This document shows positions 26,009 to 39,144 of a DNA stretch of 64,000 nucleotides, piece after piece (positions within the stretch are counted from its first letter, which is position 1; the number at the start of each line of letters is the position of its first letter). The DNA lies in contig OX597829.1 in NCBI GenBank assembly GCA_951406725.2, positions 22,258,001 through 22,322,000 on the forward strand. Direction: 5' to 3'. The position numbers were made by a program, and so were the translations under genes. Source of the stretch: Octopus vulgaris. Lineage: Eukaryota. Below the pieces are notes generated by a model. That model was not told the DNA's origin and made no database searches. It worked only from the letters and a program-made list of their open reading frames with translations.

Positions 26009-26499
26009 ACATTATTTACATTTGATGGATATTTGTCCTCATTTTGTTTGTTGTTAACACGTTTCGGATGATATACCCTCCAGATTTCATCAGGTGTCTT
26101 GGGGAAGTTTTGAACCTGGGTTCTCATTCCTAAGGTATTTTTTGATGTTGTTGTTATTATTATTATCATTATTAGTATTATTATTATTCCAGTCACTGCC
26201 TGGAATCGAACTCAGATTCTTGGGGTTAGTAGCTACCGACCCCAAGATTCTGAGTTCAATTCTAGGCAGTGACCTGAATTCTACTACTACTACTACTAAT
26301 AATAATAATAATAATAATAACAACAACAACATCGAAAAATACCTTAAGAATGAGAACCCAGGTTCAAAATTTCCCCAAGACACCTGATAAAGGCTGGAGG
26401 GTATATCAGCCAAAACGTTGTGTTAACAAGATGAGGACAAATATCTGTCAAATGTAAATAATGTACATATTTTCTCATCTCTTAAATATAGAATTGTAT
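26009..26499. mobile_element. Palindromic retroelement insertion: tRNA-like segment, (AAT)n and Penelope-type hammerhead tail in two inverted arms
   Basis: Arms 26006-26232 and 26233-26467 are reverse complements centred on GTAG|CTAC. Flanked by GAACATA(G/A)CTGT at 25997-26008 and 26500-26511. Confidence 0.8.
26379..26424 (+). ncRNA. Degenerate minimal type I hammerhead ribozyme (mirror copy at 26056-26098 on the - strand)
   Basis: Two-arm consensus: GACAC-CTGATGA-A-GGCTG(gagggtatat)CAGCC-GAAAC-GTT-GTGTT. Confidence 0.6.
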
Positions 26500-27145
26500 G
26501 AACATAACTGTGTAATCAGAATTCTGAAAATGATAATGAATTTTTGAGAGATTTAACCAACTTTTATATTATGTTAATTGGTACATTAAACCAATTTGTA
26601 AAACAGTAATTTTCCTACATAAAATTATGATGTTATAATTTTAATTCGAATATGAACACTTTAGAATTGATTGATCTTGAATCCTGAAATCAGAGGTGGT
26701 CGTTTCAGATGGGGGGGTATCAGAAGTGTTAAAAATTGCTTCAGAAAAATCCCTGCTATAAATATAAAAACATAGAAAATGGACATTAACCCTTTAGCAT
26801 TCAGATTACTCTGTCAAGTGTAATTTTTATTTATTCACATTCTGAATTAATCATGCATTATCTCATAGCTTTAAAATGTCAACAATGTGATTGTTTATTT
26901 TTTACAATGACTTTATAGGGTGGTTGTTAGAGGCCGGGTCTGACCAGTTTGACTATAAAACAGGCAGACTATTAATGTTTAAATGCTAAAGGATTAAGAG
27001 TTAACTGTAGTTGTGTCTGGAGAAAAGATAGTGGGGCAGGTGGGTGGGTTCTACAGTGTACAAATGATTGTCCTTTATAGTAATAAATGATAATAATTAA
27101 ATGCCATGAAGTCATTTACAAAAGTTGTAAATTTTCTCATTACAG

Positions 27146-27345
27146 GTATCAGCCATCTTGAGTTCACTAAGACTGGTGACCACTACACATGGCGAAAGGT
27201 AACCACAACAGTACATAATATCATTGTTGGTCGTCTGTGGGTAGACAACCATGGAGAAATGGACATCACCAATCATACCACTGGTGATAAGTGTCACTTG
27301 AAATATTCAGCCTATAGTTACTTTAGCAGGGAGACACCACGCAAG
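27146..27345 (+). CDS. OSBP: OSBP exon G (ISHLEFTKTGDHYTWRKVTTTVHNIIVGRLWVDNHG...YSYFSRETPRK)
   Basis: Acceptor tacag at 27144-45, donor GTATTT at 27346. Conserved HYTWRKVTTTVHNIIVG. Phase 1 to 0. Confidence 0.96.
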
Positions 27346-27464
27346 GTATTTAGCCTTATTACTTAAAAATGTAAATGGTTCGTCATCATCATCATCATCA
27401 TCAGTTGGTCAAAAACTATTATATTTTCTTTTATCTATGTATTTGCTAGTTATTGTCAAAAATC

Positions 27465-27496
<32 letters not shown>

Positions 27497-27497
<1 letters not shown>

Positions 27498-28580
27498 GGT
27501 GTTGAGCTGGCAGAATTGTTAGCACACCAGACAAACTGTTGCAAGGCATTTCATTTGTCTTTACATTCTGAGATCAAATTCTGCCATAGCCAACTTTGCC
27601 TTTCTTCCTTTTGGGGGTCATTGTATTCGAGTAGCCCCTTCCCCCAAGCTGGCAGAACCATTAGCACACCAGACAAAATGCTTAACAGCATTTCATTCAT
27701 TTTTGCATTCTGAGTCCCAGTTCTGCCAAGCTCAACTTTGCCTTTCATCCTTTCGGGGTTAATAAATAAGCACCAGTCAAATAATAGGATCAGCGTAATT
27801 GACTTTCCCCCATCCCCTAAAAACTGCTGGCTTTGTGCTTAAATCAGAGACCATTATTACCCTTATTATTATTATTTTTAAGGCAGCGAGCTGGCAGAAT
27901 CGTTAGCACACTGGACAAAATGCCTTGCAGCATTTCGCCTTTCACTATGTTGCGAGTTCAAATTCTGCCAGGGTCAACTTTGCCTTTCATCCTTTCGGAG
28001 TTAAATGAAATAAGTACCAGTGAAACACTGGGGTTGATGTGATCAACTAGTCCCTATCCCCAAATTTCGGGCCTTGTGCCTTAAGTAGAAAGGATTATTA
28101 TTATTATTATTATTTGTATCACAATATGAACCGTTGCATTGTTGAACAAAATGCTTTTGCAGTTTTTCTTCTAGCTCTTTACATTCTGAATTGAAACCCT
28201 ATCAAGGTCAGCTTAACCAATCGTCTTTTGGAAGGGATGGGGCAGAGGGGGGAGGCAGTAAAATAAAGTACCATAAAGTACTAGGCTTCATGATATCACT
28301 TCAACTCATTCCCCTCAAATTCATGACTTTCTGCCTACATTACAAATAATTATTGGCATTATAAGAGTTATGGAATAGCAGAATTGTTAGAGCAGTGGAC
28401 AGAATGTGTTGCAGATTTTAGTTGTGGTACTCTGTTCTAAGTTCAAATACTGTATAGGTTAACTTTGGTTTTCATCCTTCCAAGGGTCATTAAAATTAGA
28501 GTACCAGTCAAATACTGGGGTCAGTGTAATTGACTGACACTGCCCTCATCCAAATCTCAGACTTTGTCCCAAATTGTAAA
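27497..28580 (+). mobile_element. Tandem run of SINE family 2 copies of varying divergence
   Basis: Heads at about 27497, 27648, 27880 and 28375. Confidence 0.75.
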
Positions 28581-29104
28581 TAGTTGTTGCTGCTGCTGAT
28601 ACTACTACCACTATAGAAAGAAGGTGGGGGAAATTTACATTCTATAATATATTCTGTAATTTCCAGCCAGACCCTTCATTGGAGAAAAATTTTCTTTATT
28701 TTCTTGTCTGACAAAAGACCTGCCTTCAGTATTAGAATTCCCTTGTTCTGATATTCTGCAAGCTTTATTGAAGATCAATGAACATTAGTCCCTTTTTGTT
28801 GATAATAAAGTGAAACTGTTCTTATTATAGCTTGTAAGAAATCATTATTGCCATAGTTGTGGTGGTGAAGAATCCACAAAATCAATATCAAATTAACATA
28901 TGTATAACAGCATGGAATAAAACCCTTGCTTGCTACTTGAATCTCTCCTATCTTCGTCAGATCATTAATTTTTTTCAGGTTAAGAATCTAAAATAATACC
29001 TATTTCAGCTGCCAGACCTCCAAATTATAGCTATTCACCTTATGAATAGCGTGTTAGTAATTAGAATGAATTTATAGTCATGGTATATTTATAATTTGAT
29101 GTAA

Positions 29105-29603
29105 ACCCTTTTGTTGCCATTTTTCTGCTGAAATACAAAGCTTTTGTTTCAATTAATCTCGTAAATAATGCAAAATTAAAAAAAAAAAATTAAAAAAAAC
29201 TTGGTCATTATTAAGCTGACATCTGGAATATAAATTTATATGAAAATTTCGATTGAAGATTTTGATTTAGATCACCTCTGTTCCAATTAACCTCTGAAAG
29301 AATGCAGAATTTAGTAAAATAACTTTATTGTTATTAATCTGGTGTCTGGAACATAAATAAATTAACATGAAATTTTGATTGGAGACTTTGATTTAGATCA
29401 CCTTAATCCTTTTTGTCACATTTTGATTAATTTTGAAAATAATGAAGAATTTTATAAAATAACTTAGGCATTATTAAGTTGGTGTTTGGAACATAAATTA
29501 ACATGAAATTTTGATAAATGATTTTTATGTAGATCACTTTAAAACAAGAAATTTATATCAAAGAACCAGGGGTAATTTTAGCTGGATTGGTATCAAAAGG
29601 GCT
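29105..29603. mobile_element. Diverged relative of the 5797 MITE with a triplicated ~120-bp internal unit
   Basis: CCCTTTTGTTGC...GGTATCAAAAGGG ends. ATTAAG.TG.TG..TGGAACATAAAT..GATTTAGATCAC occurs three times. Confidence 0.6.
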
Positions 29604-29813
29604 TAAATTTCTTGGACAGAGGCTTTTCTGATATTTACCTTAAATCTTAAAATAGATTTAGTTGATTTGTCAGTCAGTATCTGTTTTACCACATACCTTA
29701 TCGATACTTAGTTAATTGATTTTGTCTCTAAGAATTTGTGATTTATTTCCATTCATGAAAATTCTTTGATATACTGTATGTGTTACTGAAGGTGATTTTG
29801 TGATTTCTTGTAG

Positions 29814-29980
29814 GTTACTGGAGTGGTTACAAATAGCTCAGGGAAAGCTCAGTGGGTTTTAACAGGAACTTGGGACGATAAAATGGAAGGAGCTCAGGTT
29901 ATTAATGTTGATGAGTCAAAAGGAAAACCTGTTTTTGAGACTGGCCCTCATAGATATGTATGGAAACGCCGGCCTCCTCC
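29814..29980 (+). CDS. OSBP: OSBP exon H (VTGVVTNSSGKAQWVLTGTWDDKME...VWKRRPPP)
   Basis: Acceptor tgtag at 29812-13, donor GTAAGT at 29981. Conserved GTWD motif. Phase 0 to 2. Confidence 0.94.
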
Positions 29981-30655
29981 GTAAGTATCTTCTTCTAATC
30001 ATGTAAAATACCTTTTTTATTTCTGGTTGCTTAACACTCCAATTTTGAGAAAGTTGATTTGTACTCCTAACCACTGAATTAATAAACTTTAATCCCCACT
30101 GAATGGGAACTGAATATATCTTGGTTCCATGCATGTGCAACTGAGGCACATTGTCCAAGCTAACAGATTTTTGATAGTGGGGTACTTTTGGAATACTCCA
30201 CATTTCGTATTAAATAGTACACACATCTTATTTTTACTGGCTGAGACTATGAAAAGTGAATTGCATACGATCAGCATGTTAAATCACCTGCAAAAATTTA
30301 ATTGGTGAAGTGAAGATTTAAGCATATTAGAGATGCCACCAAAGTGACTTTACTTTGCAGGACCAGGTCATCATATATGAATTCATATGCATCCAGCACT
30401 AACTTGGGCCAAATTCTATTGTAAGCTGTTGAATAACGTTTTTTAATTACATTACCTTAGTATAAATTTGTTTTAATTTTGGTAATAACATTGTCATTAT
30501 GTTGAATTAATCATTGACTCAAATATATGCAAGATGCTCTGTACAAATAGCAGTACATTCGCTATTCAAAGAAGTGGTTCTGTTTTCTCTTGCTTAAATT
30601 TAAAGTATCATTTTTTTCACATTTAGATATTTTGTTCCCCCACCCCACCCTCCTC

Positions 30656-30768
<113 letters not shown>

Positions 30769-30801
30769 AAGCAACATGATATATTTCTTTCCACTTGGCA
30801 G

Positions 30802-31022
30802 AAATGGGTCAGAGCGTATGTATTACTTTACACAATTGGCTCTTGAATTAAATGAACCCGAAGAGAATGTAGCATCTACAGATTCCCGAAATCGACCTGA
30901 CCAACGTTTGATGGAAGATGGTCGGTGGGAAGAGGCCAATAAAGTAAAAGTTATGTTAGAAGATAAACAGCGTATGGCTCGACGACGGAGAGAAGCGGAA
31001 GCAGAAGCGTCTTTATCTCAAG
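30802..31022 (+). CDS. OSBP: OSBP exon I ([18 protein letters not shown]...[15 protein letters not shown]...LEDKQR...)
   Basis: Acceptor gcag at 30800-01, donor GTATTT at 31023. Conserved TDSRxRPDQR and LEEKQR-like motifs. Phase 2 to 1. Confidence 0.95.
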
Positions 31023-31086
31023 GTATTTTACCATTTAAATCTTTCTCTCTTTTTTTTAAAATGGTCAAGATTTCCTCAGAGTTTGC

Positions 31087-31432
31087 AGGTAGGAGTGGCT
31101 GTGTGGTAAGTAGCTTGCTTACCAACCACATGGTTCCGGGTTCATTCCCACTGCGTGGCACCTTGGGCAAGTGTCTTCTATTATAGCCTCGGACCGACCA
31201 AAGCTTTGTGAGTGGATTTCGTAGGCAGAAACTGAAAGAAGCCTGTCATATATATATATGTGTGTGTGTGTATGTTTGTGTGTTTGTGTCCCCGTAACTT
31301 AGCGTTTCGGCAAAAGAGACCGATAGAATAAGTACTAGGCTTACAAAGAATAAGTCCTGGGGTCAATTTGCTCGACTAAAGGCAGTGCTCCAGCATGGCC
31401 ACAGTCAAATGACTGAAACATGTAAAAGAGTA
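31087..31432 (+). mobile_element. SINE family 1 copy just downstream of exon I
   Basis: GGAGTGGCTGTGTGGTAAGTAGCTTGC...GCTCCAGCATGGCCACAGTCAAATGACTGAAAC. Confidence 0.85.
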
Positions 31433-33209
31433 TATGTCTTTGACCTTTCATGAGAATGATTCTTTTATAATATTTTCTAAATCTCTCTCTCTCATGTTGA
31501 ATAGCACCATTTAAACCACAGCTTTCCAAACTTACCACTTTGGTAACACAAATTACAAAAATAAATTTTTTGCATAATAAATTTATTAAATTTTGTCTGT
31601 AATTTAATAATTACATCGCCATGTCACTAGAGATGCAACCATTTATACACAAGGTCATTAGATCTCACTCAACCCTTTAGCATTCACATTACTCTGTCAA
31701 ATGTTAGGCCTTTTTATTGGTATCATTTTGAATTAATCATGCATTGTCTTGTAGCTTTGAGAATTAAATGATGTGGTTCATTTTTACAATGACACTGTAG
31801 GGTATGTATGAGAGGCTGGATATGGCCAGTTTGATAATAAAATGGGTAGGATATTTTGGCCAGATATGGCTAGTTTGAATGCTAAAGGGTTAAATCTCAT
31901 GGCCAGATTTTTTCAACACAAGTAATTAGATTTAGCTTCATTCCTCAACAAGTCAAAGTGTTGCAACATGCAGTTTGGAAGCCTCTGGTTTAAGTGATGA
32001 CACTATTTTTACAGCGGTTTTGTCAGATTCTTTGTTTAGTGCAGGGGTCAACAAAGTGGGGTGAAAATGAAATTCTTAGAGGTATTGAGGACTCATCAGA
32101 ATTATAAGTAAAAAGTATATAAAAACGTGTTCTTTGTTATGACAGAAATTTTCCTTGATGCTACATTGCATCTGTCTGATGGAATGAACATGTAAACAAA
32201 TTCACATTAATAGATTCAATAAACCTTTTGAATTCAAAGGATCTATGATTTTCTTCCTTTCAACTCAAGGGGGTAACATCAGTGCAAATATATATATTTG
32301 GGATAATTGGTTAAAAAAAGTTTCCCAGCCCCTGATTTAGTGTTTATATTCCAAGTGTTGTCCTTACAACTTACCCAGATAGTTACTGGTCCATCAATAC
32401 AACTAAATTATGTTATGTAGTTTCCATAGTCAGTCATACAGGAAACAGCATAGGTTGTCGAGTCAGAATGTAGATCAGTCTTCATAACATTAATTAAAGA
32501 TAACTTCAATCATAGAGTACCTGACCTAGTGCTAGTGACATGTAAATGGTACCTGTGCCAGTGACACATAAAAGGCACCCATGCTGGTGACATGTAAAGG
32601 GCACTTAGTAAACTCTGTGGAGTGGTTGGACAGTGTTTGCGCAGTCATAGAAACCAAGCCAGCGCAAACAGGAGCCCGGTACAGCTTTCCAGCTTACCGT
32701 CTCTAGTCAAACTATCTAACCCATGCCAGTATGGAAAATGGATGTTAAATGATGATGATAATAAATACTGATTGACAATGTTGAAGTATTCAGTGCTTTT
32801 GACCATAAAGTACTGCTGAATATCATCATGCCAATGTACCCAGAGTATTATAATTCAGGATGTCTTTAGTAGGTATTTCATTTGACATTAAGGGTAAATT
32901 ATCACAAACACTGTTACATCTTAGTTTTTGTCTAATCAGGTTCAATTATGACTGAATTACATCTGTAACTTTATAAAAGATCATTTAGTGAATGAGTCTA
33001 TATCCTGTACAGCTGCTGTCAAAAGCATTTATATTTCTGGGCATATTTATATTTCTGTTACATATTCTTATGTGAAAAATCAAATCTGTGACCTGTTTTT
33101 AATTACCTGAAGTAGGTTTTACTTGAAGTTTTCAATCTAAATGTTGCTGACTTTGAGAAAATTAAATTCACCCCCTGCCCCTTTCCTCTATTGAACATTT
33201 TAGTCTTGT

Positions 33210-33466
33210 TTTTATTTTTATTTATGCACCCTTTTCAAGCCTAGCCAGGCTCATGGGCCCGGTTTCTGTGGCATATGTGTGTCCCCACCCCAGCTGGAAA
33301 CAGGAAGAAAGAGTGAGAGAAAGTTGGGGCGAAAGAGTACAACAGGGGTCGCCACCACCCCCTGCTGGAGCCTCGTGGAGCTTTAGGTATTTTCACACAA
33401 TGCCCGGTCTGGGAATTGAAACCGCGATCCTCCAACTGCGAGTCCGTTGCCCTAACCACTGGGCCA
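33210..33466 (-). mobile_element. tRNA-headed SINE with A-rich tail and 11-bp TSD
   Basis: Minus-strand head TGGCCCAGTGGTTAGGGC..GGTTTCAATTCCC. TSD TTTAGTCTTGT at 33199-33209 and 33467-33477. Confidence 0.75.
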
Positions 33467-34653
33467 TTTAGTCTTGTACGTAATTTTAATTTCCTTCTTA
33501 TACTCGAGACAAACATCCATGTTTGTCTTGTGTGAATAAACAGAAGAAAAAAATACTCAAGACTTTTGTAATGGAGTTTATTTATTTGGAGCTAATGGTC
33601 CATTCAGCAGCCACTCATCTCTTTGTTCCTGCAGAAAATGTACACCAAATGAGAAACTCTGAGTTGCAATTGATCAAATCATCAGCTTGAGAACACATGC
33701 ATGTGTTTGTGTGCACACATATACATACACACACATGGATGGATGAATGGATAGGAGGTTGCATGGACAAGAGGTGCAGGCATGGCTACATGGTTAAGAA
33801 GTTCACTTCCTAATCATGTGGTATCAAGTTCAGTTTCACGGCATGGCACCTTGGACAACTGTTTTCTACTAATCACCAGGCCAACCAAGTCCATGTGAGT
33901 GAAACTGTGATTAAGCCCCTTGTGTGTGTGTGTGTGTGTGTTTATATGGGAGAGAGGGTGAGTTTGTATTTCCCTTGTCTACACATGTGATTATTTCTTA
34001 ATTGTAAAACAATGGCTTTGCTAACAATTGTAGTTTGCTTACTATGCAGTCCGCTATGAAAGCACATCTATGACAGGTCTTGACGTGTGCAATCTTTGAA
34101 GACAAAAGTCTTGTTTATAAGGTGTTATTTGTTTCAGGTTTTGAACGTAAATGTGTCTGAGCAATTTGTTGTTTAATATACTTGGAAAACAAGTGATGGG
34201 GGTTGGTGACAGACAGGGCTTCTGGCCTTTGAAAATTCTGCTCCAACCATACTCTTGTTTGATGCCCATGCAAGCATGGAATTATAGGATTGTAGATATT
34301 AAAATGTTGATGTGATGATGATATGTGTATGTGCTTGATACCTATATATATATATATATATTTACACATACATGCACATGCTAGAATTGAATAGTGAGTA
34401 TGAGTACTGAAAACCGCATTGGTGGATAAATATTCTTCATTTATGGGTTAACAAGGCTACCAGTGGTTTCATGTGTAAGTGATTTCCACAATTAAGTGAA
34501 CCACTTGGAAATGTTGACACTCGTCTCCATTTTGGATAATATTACAAAAACAGAGATGTGTACCAGCATTCACAAGTGGTTTGCTTGAATAATTGTGCAG
34601 ATTGCTCGCACATGAAACCATTGGTTGCCTTCTTAATCCACAAAGTGTGTATG

Positions 34654-34716
<63 letters not shown>

Positions 34717-34902
34717 TCACAGCACACATGAATGTGTGTGTGTGTGTGTGTTTATTGCAATAAGACTTTCTGCTTTATGCATATTTATGGTGATTCCCTT
34801 TATTTTCCAACATAACATTTTCTATTTCCTCAGTTTTATTGGCCGTGTTTTTTAAAATTGATGTTTTTCTCTTTCACTCTTTTCTCTCGTGGTGACATTT
34901 AG

Positions 34903-34920
34903 ATGAGGGGGAAAATTCTG
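34903..34920 (+). CDS. Candidate 18-nt alternative microexon of OSBP (adds DEGENS)
   Basis: Pyrimidine tract then tttag|ATGAGGGGGAAAATTCTG|gtaaga. Symmetric phase 1-1, in frame, no stop. Confidence 0.6.
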
Positions 34921-36039
34921 GTAAGAGCAACTTCTTCTGTGTTTTGTTCACTGTATTGTGTATATATATATATATGTATGTATGTATGTATATATATAAA
35001 CACACATATATATATATATTACACCTTAGCATTGTCACCATTGCTGCCACCACTGTATAAAAGCCACTGCCTCATAACTACTGCTCGTGCCATGTAGTCT
35101 TTAACTAATATAGCACTGACATAACTAACAGCCTTTTACTTGTCTGTCCCTTTTCATTTTCTTGTCTTTTACAATCAAGTTATTTCTTTTTTTTTTTATC
35201 CTTATGTAATTTAGTTGATAGTTTAGATTAATAAGATTTGTTTTCTTTTTCTTTTCTTTTTTTTTTTTTTGTTTCTACTCAATTAATTTTGGTGTAATTC
35301 TAACGTGCTTTGTTAATCTTCTAGATATGTTTGGTTTTTTTCTATTGTTTTAGCTATGGTGGATAAAATCATGATGATGTGCCATCTTACACATTCCCAC
35401 ACACATTTATAAACATATTTATATATATATTATACATACACGCATATTTACCTATATGTATGCAAAATTCAATTTATGCTGTTTTTTTTTTTCCTTTGTC
35501 ATTATCCCCTATCATATTCATTTTAATTTTCATTACCATTAATGATATTATATTCAAATATCTTAGCAGATTGTTACATTCATTCTTTTCCTTTTGTTCT
35601 GGCATTTTTTTTATAAATATGCTTTTTTATTTTTAAAATTACTGTTTCATAGTATAAGAAAATTGAAAACAAATTAGTATATTTTAGTATATTTGTGATA
35701 TTTATACAGAGAATAATAATAACGATGATATGAATGATGAAGAAGATAATACCTGCTTTAATTCTCAACCAAGTCATTCTTAAGGGTTCTTTGAGAAAGA
35801 GTGAGATAATTTAATTCTAATTTTATGATCGTAATATTACTATACATACACAACATATTGGTTATTATAATATAGACATCATCCTATCTAACCTATTATA
35901 TTATCAAAAAAATATAACAACCATATATATATGATATTTTCCATGTGAACTATGATAAAAAAATATGAGAAAGATATGGTATATAATTTTCTTTGTGCAG
36001 AGGTTCCTTGAGACATATAATTTATTTTAAGGGTTAGAC

Positions 36040-36320
36040 ATCATCATCATCATCATCATTTAACGTCCGTTTTCCATGCTAGCATGGGTTGGACGGTTTG
36101 ACCGGGGATTTGGGAAGCCAGAAGGCTGCACCAGGCTCCAGTCTTATCTGGCAATGTTTCTACAGCTGGATGCCCTTCCTAACGCCAACCACTCCTTGAG
36201 TGTAGTGGGTGCTTTTTACGTGCCACCTGCACTGGTGCCAGGCGAGGCTGGCAACGACCACGGTCGGATTGGTGCAATTTACGTGCCACCGGCATGGAAG
36301 CCAGTCGAGGCGGAGCTGGT
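36040..36320 (-). mobile_element. Family 3 element
   Basis: TTTAACGTCCGTTTTCCATGCTAGCATGGGTTGGACGG...GGATGCCCTTCCTAACGCCAACCACTCC. Confidence 0.8.
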
Positions 36321-36674
36321 AAAAAATGGTTGGAAAACACTGACTTTGAGTATTGGAGAAATTTCTTTACATTCTGAGTTCCAATGCTGCTGAAGCGAAC
36401 TTTACCTTTTATAGCTTTCAACTAACAACCTCTCATTTTTTTTTTTTTTTTTTTTTATTAATTATTTCTAGAATTTTTGTTGGTAAAGCTAGTTATTGAG
36501 AATGATGCCAGTCTGAAGATGAAGAGGAATATCATTGAATGAGAAGCAGATGGAATATTTGTTGTTAGATATTAAACATAACGAGAGGAGAAACGTAGCT
36601 GTCATACAAATTATAATGTTGCAAAGTATTACTTTCATTTTGCAAGATCAAAAGCATGGTATTTACAACTTTGT

Positions 36675-37015
36675 GAAGGTGCATAGCTCATAGCTCAGTG
36701 GTTAGAGCATTGAGTTTACAATCATGAGGTTGTGAGTTTAATTCCCAGGCCCGGCTGTGTGTTAAGTTCTTGAGCAAAACACTTTATTCCACATTGCTCC
36801 AGTTCATTCAGCTGTAGAAATGAGTTGTGATGTCATTGGTGCCTAACTGTATCAGCCTTTGCTTTTCCCTTGGACAACATCGGTGGCATGGTGAGGAGAG
36901 GCTGGTATGCATGGGTGACTGCTGGTCTTCCATAAACAACCTTGCCTGGACTTGTGCCTTAGAGAGGAACTTTCTAGGTGCAACCCCATGGTCATTCATG
37001 AGCGAAGGGGGCTCT
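36675..37015 (+). mobile_element. tRNA-derived SINE family 4 (V-SINE-like core)
   Basis: A box GCTCAGTGGTTAGAGC and core TTCTTGAGCAA.ACACTTTA..TGCTCCAGTTCA. A second copy lies at 59511-59815. Confidence 0.7.
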
Positions 37016-37079
37016 TTACTAAGACAGACATTTACTATTTACAACTAAATTTACATTTCAATCAGTTGGACCTCCAGTT

Positions 37080-37900
37080 GTCAAACAGTGTATCATTTCT
37101 GGAATTGCATCTTGTACCAGGACTGGACTAGAAATAAAAGTTCTTTGTTGTAATCGGGTTCAGTATATTCTACATATATCAAACATAATGTGATACCTAA
37201 TTTAGAGCACTATGTTACTGCATTCAGATACCACACATGTAAATATATGGTATCTAAATATTTAGATATATCACATGAATGAGTATAGCCATCTTGAGGA
37301 TTAGGGATCTCAAACACAAACCCCAATCCTCACCACATTGTGATTTCCCATCAAAGCTTACATTCCACCAGGGCCCTCCCTTGAGCCTCAAACACAATCC
37401 CACCCCACTCCTCACCACACACCTTAATCTCATGCCACGTTCCACTGTACATTCCACCAGAATCCTCCCTGTCCAGTTCTTGATCTCATCATTCCATCTT
37501 TATCATTATTTCTCATGTACCCATTTTCTGCCCCTCCAGCTTCCAAGTATACTGACAAAGAGGTTCTAGGCCATGCTACCATGGTCGAAATATTACAAGT
37601 TCACTACCTGATCATCATCATTGCCAATGTTTGATCCACTCCCATCTACTCAAGGACCAGATTCTTTGTTCAGCAGTCACCACATACATTTGTAGCACAT
37701 CTCCAACACACTTGGTAACATGGTGTCAACCACCCATAAGGTCCTTACTTTCACACCTACCCAACACTGCTGGCCAGAGTAGGATTTGTAGAAGTTTCGG
37801 CTTAATGCATTTTCTGACCGTGCTGTCTCTGTATTCTACTAATTGTCTTCAAGGCTGACCTTCCCTACATTTAGTTTTGCTTTAAATTTCTGGCTGCAAT
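37080..37900 (+). pseudogene. Possible heavily decayed CR1/L2-type LINE 3' remnant
   Basis: Fragments read VIPNLEHY and RLNAFSDRAVSV, resembling CR1/L2 ORF2 C-terminal motifs (VRPxLEY, FFSxRVV). The frame is broken many times. Confidence 0.3.
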
Positions 37901-38945
37901 CCACTGTTTGGTCAGCAATGGAGTCTAGGTACTCAAACTTGTTGACCAGGATTAGCTCAGGTATTTAAATATTTAAACAGGTATCTCGCTTGAAACTTTA
38001 CTTCATGTGAATATTAAACAATTTCTGCTGTAACAATTGGTTTGTGTGGTGAATAGTAAGTAAACATGTGATTGACTAAATCGGTGTCTGCTTTTCTGCT
38101 ATGATTTTTCTTTTCTGTCTTGCTTGACAAGAATGTTCCAGTGAGTTTTGAATAATACAACAGATTAATAGTAATGGAATTTAATATATGTATGTGTGTG
38201 TGTGTGTGTATATATATATAAAATCAAGTCATTGTTAGGGTTTACTCATTTAGGTTTCGTTAGAATCTAAGACATTATGAGGTTGACGTGTCTGACTTTA
38301 ATTTCTATGTAAATATGATGCAAAAATTTATAATTAAAATTTTTGAAAATATAACAGTCAACGCTAATTATCCAATCCAACTGTTTTGATAATCTGTGCT
38401 ATAAAAGTTGTTTGACTCATCATCTAGATAAAATTAAGGCAGCATAAAGCTACTCTATATGTCTAGGTGGACTTGTTCTTGTTTTGGTATAGACATTATT
38501 TATGTAAACATTCAGTTAGTACAATTATATCTATTTTTGAAATGAAGCACTTATTTTGTTCCATATAATCACAAATAGAATCTGAAATAATACTTATGGT
38601 GATTTCTGTTACGGTTTGAAGTAACTCTGCCCTCTTTCACATTAAATATTATTGTTTGAAACAGAAGAAATAAGCAAATTATGGCTATATTATTAATTGC
38701 ACACAGTTAGTTTTCGCATACTTACACTGTCTTTCCATGTTGTGATATCCGATGGAATTGTAATGATTCCAGAAGATTCTTTTACTAGGTTTCTTTGTGT
38801 TGCTACAAACTTGTAACAAATAGCCACAATCCCATCTACAATTGTTCTATTGGTGTCAATTGTCTTCTTTTATTTACCCGTTTTCTTCAGGCTTCATTTT
38901 ACTTAACTTTCTCATTTAACCATGCAGCAATATTAGTTTTATATA

Positions 38946-38987
<42 letters not shown>

Positions 38988-39144
38988 CATTCGCTACATT
39001 GGAAATCTGCAATGGCTCCATGACTACTGTCTTGGATACAACCTTGGAGCCCTAGTAATCCATTACAGCACTTATCTAACAGACCTAATTATTTAGATCA
39101 CCTATGAACTAAACTTCCATACTTTGTGTGTATCTATATGTATC

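Noticed and set aside
32070-32105. Minus-strand CUGAUGA (also at 7610 and 49528) as possible hammerheads
   Set aside because: No matching stem II with a GAAA box or stem I.
33635-33690. Acceptor ttcctgcag followed by in-frame ENVHQMRNSELQLIKSSA* (similar case at 35354, AMVDKIMMM...*)
   Set aside because: No donor and no homology support. Short stop-terminated frames after AG are expected by chance in a 15-kb intron.
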